Shown here: positions 1-9,700 of the stretch, in pieces
How the letters are laid out: every line of letters starts with the position of its first letter
Position numbering within the stretch: the stretch's first letter is position 1
IMG/VR virus record: IMGVR_UViG_3300045988_144737
Length of the DNA stretch: 64,000 bases
Reading direction: 5' to 3' (one strand)
Source of the DNA: a virus
Position numbers and translations under genes: made by a program
Notes under the pieces: generated by a model
Told to the model about the DNA's origin: nothing
The model's database searches: none
What the model saw: only the letters and a program-made list of their open reading frames with translations

Positions 1-1189
1 AAATTACAATGAGATAGCTACTCAATATGCTGATATATTCGCTCAAATGACCGCACTACAAGAAAAAGGATATGTATTAAGTGATACTCAAAGTGAAGCA
101 TTAAGTAATTATGTAAATTACATCGATAGTTCTAAAAATGAAATTAATGAATTAACAAGTACAGTAGATGTGTTAGACAATCATTATTTAAGTCTAACTG
201 ATACTATGGATAGTTTGGCTGAAAGTACAGATTTATTAACTACCGCATGGAACGAAGCTGATACAAACGGTCAACTATCATTAGATACAGTTATGAAACT
301 AATTGATGCTGGCGGTCAATATATGGATTTGCTAGTAGAAGAAAATGGTGTGTATAAGTTAAATGCCGACGCTGCAAGTGCTTTGTTTGAAATTCAAAAG
401 CAAGAAAAGATTGCTGACATTGAAATGGAAAAACAATCATTGCAAGTTAAAATTGCTGCCACCCAAGCTGCTATAGAGGCTTATCAAGCTGGTTCAGCAG
501 TGAGCAAGGGTCAAACCGAAGACGCCAAAGGTCGTATGCAATCACTTTCTGCTGAGGCTGCAAATATTTTAGCTGCCTTTGGGGAAACAAGCGATGGTGT
601 TAACAAGGCGCTAAACAAAGCGTTAAAGTCTATTACTATCAAGAATGATACACAATTAGCATCTTATAAGAACGCTTTGAGTGAAATGCAAGCTAAGGTG
701 GGTCAATATGATAAGGCTATTAATGTAATCTCTAGTCTATCGTTGCCATCTTACACTAAGGCAACCAAAGGTTCAACAAGTGCATCTAAGAAAAATGCAG
801 ATGCTACTAAGAAACAAAACCAAGAATTAGAACGATTGAGAAATAATCTTGACAAGTTAAAAGATGATTTAAGTAGTACACAAGAAGCATATGAGGCTAT
901 GCAAAGTGCTATAATTAAACAACTTGAAAAGGAAATCGAATTACAAGAAAAACGTCGTGAGGAACTAGAGAGGTTACAAGAAATTTATGAAGCACAACAA
1001 GATAAGGCTCAAGATATTATTAAAGCCGAAATTGATGCACTTCAAGAACAAATGGATGCTCTCGACGAGAAGAACGACAAAGAGGAAGAAGCACTTAAGC
1101 TAAAAGAGGCTCAGCTAGAGGCACAAAAGGCTCAAGATGCTTATGATGCTGCCAAAGCCAATAAAAGCACTCGTGTATACGAGGAGGGT
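1..1189 (+). CDS. Tail tape measure protein, exon 1 (5' end off-window)
   Basis: Frame 2 is open from nt 2, upstream of the first listed Met at 47. Long Ala/Gln/Glu-rich coiled-coil ORF just upstream of tail genes. The frame resumes at 1631 after an intron. Confidence 0.75.
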
Positions 1190-1630
1190 AACCAAAATAA
1201 AAAAATAACAATGCCCTAAACAAACTATATCGGTCAAAATGTAGGCATACATAAGACCGAGCAAAGACTTATTTAACTTGTTAAATTAATTATAGGAGTA
1301 TATAATATGGTAAAAGAGATATGGAAAACTATTATATACACAAAAATGCGATAAACTCAAGAGGGATTATTGCAAAAGAAACAATATAACATTAATTGAA
1401 ATACCTTATTGGGAAAAGGATAATATTCCAAATATTTTAAACAAGTTAAATAAGAATGTGTAGAGACTGCAGGATGTATATGGTAACATATATATTGAAG
1501 TTTGTTCCATTTATATAAATGGTGATATACAGTCCGAGCTCACATATAATGCAAAAATAAATAAGTGTGAGAAGTAGGTGGAAACTCCTACTCGCCTATA
1601 TTAATTATAGGTCATAAAAGCAACAGATTG
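1190..1630 (+). mobile_element. Group I intron in tape measure gene
   Basis: GCCCT (1213-1217) pairs with the exon-1 end AGGGT (1185-1189), with a G-U wobble at the splice site. Adjacent CAAT (1209-1212) pairs with the exon-2 start GTTG (1631-1634). nt 1630 is G. The 441 nt are stem-rich, and the join is in frame (..TRVYEEG|VGWTWQANPEDV..). Confidence 0.7.
1314..1463 (+). pseudogene. Decayed homing-endonuclease remnant inside the intron
   Basis: Start-less 49-codon frame ..QKCDKLKRDYCKRNNITLIEIPYWEKDNIPNILNKL resembles the C-terminus of the HEG at 41123-41419. A separate RBS plus MVKEIWKTI.. stub (1307-1354) stops after 15 codons. Confidence 0.5.
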
Positions 1631-2776
1631 GTTGGATGGACTTGGCAAGCTAATCCCGAAGATGTTAAAGAAGCTGAAGAAAATTTAGCCGAGGCTAACA
1701 AGAATTTGGCTGAATTACAAAAAGAGCAAGCATTGGCTCAAAAGAAACAAGATATTCAAGGTCAAATTGATGAATTAAACGAATTGTTAGAAGCATGGCA
1801 AACTAATTTGGGGGATATTAATGACGAGATTAAGAACAGTTCAGAGGTTCTTGATTTTGCAACCAAATTCCATAACGCATCTCTCGAAGAGCGTAAACAA
1901 ATGTTACAACAATTTACTGGTTCTTATGTGACCGAAGTTGATGAACAAATTAAAGAAACTGATAAGCAAATTGATAATTTGAAAGACTTGAAATCTCAAT
2001 GGCAAAACGCTATGGATATTCAAGCGGATATTTCTAAATATGCTGGCGCTCAAGAGTGGTTGAGAAAATTCGAACAAGCAACCTATGAACAACGTAAGCA
2101 AATGTTATCTTCGTTTACTAATAGTTGGGTAAGTTACTACAATACTCAAAGTGCAAAGATTAACGAGGCACAACAAGCAGTTGATAGAATGTCTGGTTCA
2201 ATGAATAACGCCAACAATAGTGGTTATAACACAAGCGGTTTGAGTAATTATCGAAATGCCACTAATCAAGTAGCGAGTGCTGCTGTTAATGCACAAAATG
2301 AATTGTCAGCCATGGAAAGAAAAGCGATGAGTTCTATTCGAAACACAAGTAATTGGATGAACAACTTATTTGGTGGATATTCGTCAGGTAAAACATCTGG
2401 CGGTGGAGGAGCTGGCTCTCGTAACTTTGGCGGTGTAAGTAATTTCTCACCAGGAAGACAACGCTCTGCTAATGGTAACGTTGATTACTTCTCAAGTAGC
2501 GATGGTGGTGTAATTGATTATACTGGTGAATGGGGAGATGGAAAGAATTGGGTTGATGGTACTCCAAATAAACCCGAAGTTATTCTTAACAATGACCAAG
2601 CAGCGAATGTGTTATACGAACTAGCAAAAGCTCCTAATTCAAGGCTGGCTGATACTAGGGGTGGCAAGAACATGGGTGAAACATTTATTGTTAATGAACT
2701 AAATATTCAAGCCAATAATCAAGATACTTTACAAGGATTGTTATTGCAAGCCAAACAAATGGCAATTACAAAATAA
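1631..2776 (+). CDS. Tail tape measure protein, exon 2
   Basis: Continues the coiled-coil sequence and has a Gly-rich C-terminal region. Spliced product from the window part is 381+381 aa. Confidence 0.75.
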   Translation, partial: VGWTWQANPEDVKEAEENLAEANKNLAELQKEQALAQKKQDIQGQIDELNELLEAWQTNLGDINDEIKNSSEVLDFATKFHNASLEERKQMLQQFTGSYVTEVDEQIKETDKQIDNLKDLKSQWQNAMDIQADISKYAGAQEWLRKFEQATYEQRKQMLSSFTNSWVSYYNTQSAKINEAQQAVDRMSGSMNNANNSGYNTSGLSNYRNATNQVASAAVNAQNELSAMERKAMSSIRNTSNWMNNLFGGYSSGKTSGGGGAGSRNFGGVSNFSPGRQRSANGNVDYFSSSDGGVIDYTGEWGDGKNWVDGTPNKPEVILNNDQAANVLYELAKAPNSRLADTRGGKNMGETFIVNELNIQANNQDTLQGLLLQAKQMAITK

Positions 2777-2793
2777 TTAATTTTACCAAACCG

Positions 2794-2841
2794 CCCATTG
2801 ACATATGGTTACATTAATGATAATATAATATTGTCAATGGG
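2794..2841 (+). promoter_or_regulatory. Inverted-repeat-embedded sigma-A-type promoter driving the moron
   Basis: CCCATTGACA (2794-2803), 28 nt, then TGTCAATGGG (2832-2841). TTGACA (2798-2803), 17 nt, then TAATAT (2821-2826). Same architecture as the cassettes at 61402, 62061 and 63016. Confidence 0.55.
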
Positions 2842-2924
2842 TCAAGGTTTTGGCTAATACACAAGGGTAAAAGTTATTGTTACTCCTTGTGTGATACATA
2901 TTTGTATGAAGAGGTAATAGTTGT

Positions 2925-3518
2925 ATGAAAAGATATAGAATATATGAACAAGAGTATATTTATGTTTTTGATGTATATGATGAGGATTTGGATAAATTCA
3001 AATATACTTATCGTATGGGAGAACCTATATACATTGGTTGGATTGATAGGTGTGATTTGTATATGTTTTGTATAAAGAGATTTTGGCATAATCACTTTGT
3101 GAATGATGTTGAAATAGTAGGAAATTACATACAATCAACAACTCATAAGAATGTGAATTTTATTTTAACCGATATGGATAATAATATATTGGATTATTAT
3201 GAAATAGTTAGAAAAGAAAATAATAAATATATTAATAAATTTTACAAAATACAAAGATTTAGAAGAAAACCTTGTTACAAAATTGACAAATGTCTTTCTC
3301 AACACAAGTATAGACATATGTGTATGGATAAAAAAGAATTGCATGAACTTGAGTTAGAATATAAAATTAATCTAAATGGTTTGCGTTGTAAAAAGAAAGG
3401 CAAGAGATATGACGATTGGTATTATCGTTATACCAAGTCGAATAGTCGTTGTTGGAAAGACCAAAGTAAAAGAAAAAGACAATATAAAGCAAGGAGTGGT
3501 TTATATGAAAGTAGTTAA
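2925..3518 (+). CDS. Hypothetical protein (moron gene 1), basic C-terminus
   Basis: 197-aa ORF with a GAAGAGG RBS and its own promoter, between the tape measure and tail genes. No motif recognised. Confidence 0.6.
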   Translation: MKRYRIYEQEYIYVFDVYDEDLDKFKYTYRMGEPIYIGWIDRCDLYMFCIKRFWHNHFVNDVEIVGNYIQSTTHKNVNFILTDMDNNILDYYEIVRKENNKYINKFYKIQRFRRKPCYKIDKCLSQHKYRHMCMDKKELHELELEYKINLNGLRCKKKGKRYDDWYYRYTKSNSRCWKDQSKRKRQYKARSGLYESS

Positions 3519-3768
3519 TTATGGATTAGGTGGTACGATTATATCATGTGATTGCGATGGATGCAAGAGTAGTAATTTTTACCCAACTACTAACTTTCTA
3601 AAGGTCAACCATAATCTTAAGGAAAATGGTTGGATTATTAGAAAAGTTGGCGGTAAATGGGTTGATTTTTGTTGTGAACAATGTTATGATGATTATACTC
3701 GTAAGTATATGGATAAAGTATATGACTCTTTATCTAACGGAGAAAAATTGAAAGAAGGAGATGATTAG
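3505..3768 (+). CDS. Small Cys-rich (zinc-ribbon-like) protein (moron gene 2)
   Basis: An AAGGAG RBS lies 7 nt before the ATG at 3505. Motifs CDCDGC ... FCCEQC. The longer 3376 start overlaps the upstream gene and lacks an RBS. Confidence 0.6.
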   Translation: MKVVNYGLGGTIISCDCDGCKSSNFYPTTNFLKVNHNLKENGWIIRKVGGKWVDFCCEQCYDDYTRKYMDKVYDSLSNGEKLKEGDD

Positions 3769-3770
3769 TA

Positions 3771-6700
3771 ATGTCTTTAATATTTAATCCAACGCCTTTA
3801 TACATGTTACCGAACAACCAAGCGGTAGATGTATCTAAGGATGTGCAATTTTCATTTATATTTCAAGGCTATGAATTAAATAGCGCTAGGCTAAATCTAT
3901 ATCGACAAAATACTAGTGGTAAATGGGTAACAATCAATAATGATTGGTATGACTTTACGTTGGGTGGAACTAAATATAATGGCGATGTTGTATCTAGTGA
4001 ATTTAATTTAACAAATATGCTAGATTATTATGGGTCTAACCTAGGTTGGAGGTTGGAGGTTTATGGATATGAATTAACTTGTAACCAAGACACACAAACT
4101 CCAGACGATAATTCATTCCCTTATAATGCAAGCGGAATCGAAACAGGAGATGCTTTTAGCTTCAATGTTGATGGGGTTAGAACATTATATTATATTAATA
4201 TTTTTAGCGGTAATCGTATGAGGTTTTATACCAACCGAGAGGCAGCGTTACAAAATTCTAATTTAAACGTTGTGCCATATAATAAAGTTAGTGGTAAGAT
4301 TGGAAAGGCCTATGGAGTAAGTCCGTTAGTTCCTTTGGTACTCATTATTCCGCCACTGTTAAAGCTAAATGTTCCAAGCCCTATTACTGTGCCAAACTAT
4401 GAATTTGTGCCTACATGGCAATATTTTGGGGCTACACAAACGATTGTAATCAAACATTGGAAAGCAACTTTATACAATGATAGTGGCAAAGAAATTGACA
4501 CAAGCGGTGATGTTTATAATGGTAATTTAAAATATACATTCCAAACATTGTTATTAAGCGACAATAATTATAAGGTTGAGTATGAAGTCTATGATAATAA
4601 TGGATATTATTATAGTACAGGATTGGTCGATGTAAAAGTTTTTTATGAAACCGCAACATCAAATTTCGTTCCAACGTTAGAGGTTGATTGTTATGATACC
4701 TCAATGGAAGTTGATTGGAGTGGAGCGCATAATGTTAGAGGAGTTTTGTCTAAGGGTGAACCCGAATACTTAGATGATTATATTGTCGATGGTAATTATG
4801 GCTTAAGATTGCCCAAAGATGTATCGTTGACATATGATGTTGATATGCCACAAAATCAAATGCCTACATTTGTTTGGGAACCTGGAAGTGTTAATTATGA
4901 TGGAGAGATTGTTAGATTTACAAGTGATACACAAGAATTGATTGTAAGTTATAACAACTCTACTAAGACATTATATTATACTTTAAATATTAAAGGAACT
5001 AGTTATTCTTATAGAAGTAATATTAGTACCGAGTTTTCGTTAAAAGACAAAGGAACTTATTTAATTGGTTTCTATGGTAATAATGGATATATCAGAGAGG
5101 TTCAAACTAATCAATATGTTTGGTTTAATGTCGAGGGATATGTTTTACAACCTACTCTTGCAAAACAACGTTCTCCTGAACAAATGATTGTTGAGGGAAA
5201 CGTTGAGAAACATGAACCCACTACTTATCAAGCGTATGTTACGCCAGATAGTCCGTTGCAATTAGTAAGTAATGTTAATCCTAATACAGGTAACAATCAT
5301 GGTGCTTTGCCAACAAGTGAAACTAAGCAAAACTTATTTACACCTTGGATTAATAAGTATGCCGAGGGGGTTAGCGAAGCCCCTACAACCATACCTTGTC
5401 GCAATACTGAATATAATTGGTTTAGTAGAAAAGGAATATTTGTAAATATTATGATAGACCCATCTCTTGGTTATGTTTTGGGATATCATAGGTTTTTAAC
5501 ACCTATTCCACAAGGAAAGAAGATTTATGTGCATTTTGGAATTGGCGGACAACCATATAGTGTAAGGATGTATTTTACAAACGATGAACGTACATTAAAA
5601 GAATTGTATAGGGCTAGTGACGATGTTGGTGAAGTTTATGATGGAAGTTTTACGAATAGTGAGAATTATAAGTATTTTGTTATGGATTTTACACCACAAA
5701 ATAGTTTAAACTCTATGACAATAAGCGATGTTTATGTCGGCTTAGATGAGTGGGATAGTGAGGCTAATTACTTGCCACCTTTTAAGGATATATGTGTTGA
5801 ATTGGCTACAATAGGTACAACTAATATCAAAGTATTAGGTCAAGCCAATATTTCTTGTAAAGATTTGACATTTAGTAATTATATAGAGACGCCAAATACC
5901 GAGGCCTATAATCAAGTTTTATTCACACACCCACAAATTACTAGTATAATGTATCATATTAATAATGAGTATTGTGAATATCCGTTATTAAGTAATATGT
6001 TTGAAAATATATTCTATGCTAGTCAAAAACCAAAGCAAGACTATCCATTTACGATAGCTAAGAGTGTAAAATATAGAAGTTTAAATGTTAATGCGTTGAC
6101 ATTGTCTTTCCCAAAGACATTCGGTGATTTAGATTCGATAGCTAGTTATATTAAAAATAACAAGAACACTAATTTACAGCTTATTTATCCAAGAAAAATT
6201 GAAAATGTGGAATACCAACGCACTAATGATAATAAAAATACAAAAGATGTGGGTCAAACATTTAGACCAAGTGCTTATCCAAGTATTTTTAATGTTGGCG
6301 ATGTTGTGTTTCCACAAAATACATTAAAAATTATAAATAGTGGTAGAAATACATTTGATGTATCAAAACACCAAGGCTCTAGTACATCTTGGGATGTTAG
6401 CCAACAAGCATATTCTCACGATGGTAACGCAATTGTGGATATGGAAGATATGTGGAACTTATATAAAACCATTGACAAACCAATGCACCTTACCTTTGAT
6501 GCTAAAATGAACGTTGATGGCAATCTTATGATAAGTTCATGCGGTTCTAAAGAAAAACAATTTGTTGGAACTGATGTTATTCGTGTTGGTCAAAATTATC
6601 AAAGATTTAATGTTAAGATTGATAAATTTACAAAACGAAATGACGAGGGATTAAATAATGGCAGTGAATTGCTATTTAGTGATAAGGATAGTATTGATGT

Positions 6701-9700
6701 TGCTAGAATTAACACCCCTAATGGTGAAGAAAATTTATTTGATTATACTAAATTTAATACTCAAACATTAAATGGAGTGACTATTACAAATTTGAATAAT
6801 GGGGTATTTAAAATCGATGGTACTCCAACATCTAACAACGTGGCTTTCCCTTATTGGAATATAAGTCATGATGAATTTGTAAAAATGTTCAAACCAGGAA
6901 TGTTGATTTTAAAAGGGCAAACAACTAATCCTAGTTTATTTGTTCAAATATTTAAAAGCGATTCGTTAATCGCTCAAGTGGTGTTAAGAGATGGAATGAT
7001 AGATACAAATGATTCCATTGTAATATCAAGTGCATGGTTGAGCGATGCTAGTGTTACAGCAAGAATGTTGTTTTCTTATGCAGACACAAGCTCTTTTAAG
7101 GGCGGATTTACTAGACCTATATTATATCAACCAAATAGTCAAAAAACATCTATTACGAAAAACTTATTTGACAAGAATGATATATTTAAAGGAATAAGAG
7201 TCGATGCAAACGGATTGGTAGATATAACAAATGCACAAACATCAAACTATATCGAAGTTCAACCAAATACGCAATATTATTTAACTAATGTTATTGGTTT
7301 ATCAACATGGTTTTCTGGCGGATATTTCGACAAAGATAAAAAATTTATTTCTCAACTTAACGTAAGTGGTAGGTTTCCTACTAGTGGAACTATTACCACT
7401 CCTAGCAATTGCTATTATATAGTATTGAATATTTTAGTTAATAACAATTTAGTTAATGTGAATGAGGTTATGATGTCGTTGGGTTCTACTCCAATTGATT
7501 ATGAGCCATTTGAAACAATCGAAGTTGTTGACTATGAAATTGTTGATGATGACATGACTTACCCACAAATATCAATGAATATTGATGGTGATTATGAACA
7601 AGTTACTACACAAGGTTATCAATTATTCGATGCTAGTAAATTACCTACCAAATCACAAGGCGGTGCTACAGTAACGAATAATGGCGATGGAAGTTTTACT
7701 ATTAGTGGTAGTGGGAATTTAAGTGGGCAATTTTCATTATATTACGAATTAACACACGAAGAAACTTTAAAAATGTTGAAAGTCGGAAAAATTACATTAA
7801 ATCAAAATGGTGGCGATACGACACCGTATGTGGTGGTGCAATTATTAAAAACTGGCGGTGGTGCATGGTTTCAATTAAATAAGTCTATCCAAAGCGTAAA
7901 TATAACCCAAGAAATGCTACAAGACATTGGTTGCGTTCTTCGAGCTTTGCTTTATGGTGCGAATGGTGCAGCAATTCAAACAGGAACAATTAAACCTATG
8001 CTTTATCAAGAAAAGAATCTATTTGATTACACTAAAATTCCATACAAAGCAGTTGGTGATACAAGCGGTGGAAATAGCGTTACCTTATTCAACAACCAAG
8101 ACGGTCCATTTACTATTGCTGGTAAAAACTTATTTAACGTTAATGGCAATGTGAATGTTAATGGTTATAATGGTGTTCAAGTAAATTATAATACAGTAAA
8201 AGACGGAATATTAACTTGTGAAGTAAATAGCGCTAGAAGCCATGGTGTTGGGCAAAGGTTGTATGGATTAAAGGGCAAAACCATATCATTTAACGCTAAG
8301 TTAAAATCTATTGGAAGTGGTACTTATGGAATTCTTTATATTTATGACGGCGGAACATTAAAAAAACAAGCAGGTATGACAAAATTAGATACTATTTTTG
8401 CCATTAATAATTATACTTGTGAGACTGATAATATTGTTGTTGCTTTTGCTACTAATAATGGTATTGGAGCGCAATTCTATGATATTATGGTAAACTATGG
8501 AGCAGCGGCTGCTGGTTACGTTTCATTTGATACTCCAGTGACATTGAGCGAAGTATTCTCAAGTAATGTTGTTGATTGGAATAATACTACGTTAAAAAGA
8601 AATTTAAAAGCAGAAACTATAACTTTAGAAACTTTATCTACATCTAGACCTTATTTTGAAGCGAAGGTTATGAAAAGTGCTTCAGACGTTATGGCATTAA
8701 ACAATGTTAATAATGCAACTACAAGCGATACAATTGAACAAGAGTGGTTAGATGCTAGTGACACTATATTTAGATGTGATTTTTACAATCAACCTAACCA
8801 ACCATCTACTCCAACCGTGGTATATCCTATTGTATATCAACCTTATGATGGTACATGGGAACCATTTACTGGTGGAGAACCAAGCCCAAGTCCAAGCTAT
8901 GCTCAAGAGCCTAAGTTTGTAGGTGATATTGGTCAAAACTTATTCGACGCTAGTAAACTGCCTACTAAATCTCAAGGTGGTGCTACAGTTACGAATAATG
9001 GAGATGGTTCGTTTACAATTAGTGGTAGTGGTAATACTACCGATAGTTATGCAAATTCTTTTGAAGGCGCTTTAAATGTAACACTTAAAGAGGGCACTAT
9101 TTATTTGAAAAATGTCGGAAATATTACAAATCCATATTTGTCAATTGAATTTAAAAATAGTGATGGAGGTGTTATAAAAAGATTAAGTCTTCAAGGGGTT
9201 GAACAATCAAGTGCTTCTTTAACGAGTGATGATGTGTCGAAAATACAAATTGTTAGATATGCTATTTATACACCTGCATCCACGACTATTCAAACAGGAA
9301 CAATTCGCCCAATACTCTACCAAGTAGGTGACGGTCAATATCGTCCATATAGCGAAACTCCTAAGTATTATTTGGATGTTAATGCTCAATCTGATAATTT
9401 ATTAAATGGTGATTATCTTGTTGAGCAAGGTAAGCTATTCTTAAATAATGCTAGTTTATTTATGAATCGACAAATTTATAGAGGCAGGGATTGTTTGTTT
9501 ATTAATACTAACAATATGAATTTAATAAATGCCAAATTCTTAGAAAACAAATTTAAGCTTAATACTAGATATTATATAAACCTATCTGTGTTTTCTTATA
9601 ATGCGAGTATGTTGGGAAAAACAGGATTATATTTTCTTGTATATTATACGGATGGTTCGTACAATGCATTGGCAGTCCCAAATGAAAAAGATGAATTTGG

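Noticed and set aside
1904-2101. Antisense ORFs inside the tape measure and tail genes from the six-frame track. Examples: 1904-2101, 4450-4704, 7927-8154, 8748-8936, 13523-13747, 13850-14179, 16526-16720, 17314-17499.
   Set aside because: Each lies entirely within, and mostly antisense to, a much longer ORF with clear protein character. They lack an RBS and have the low-complexity Leu/Phe/Ile-rich composition expected from AT-rich antisense frames.
2880-3134. Minus-strand 84-aa ORF overlapping the start of the moron.
   Set aside because: It is antisense to the 2925-3518 ORF, which has a promoter and an RBS. It has no signals of its own.
3376-3768. Longer start choices offered by the ORF track. 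Examples: 3376 for the Cys-rich protein, 13036, 15925, 60994, 63229, 59588, 56968, 45956, 28712, 20259.
   Set aside because: In each case an internal ATG or TTG is preceded by a proper AGGAG-type RBS at 6-11 nt and avoids long overlaps with the upstream gene. The longer versions start inside or on top of the RBS or the neighbouring coding sequence.
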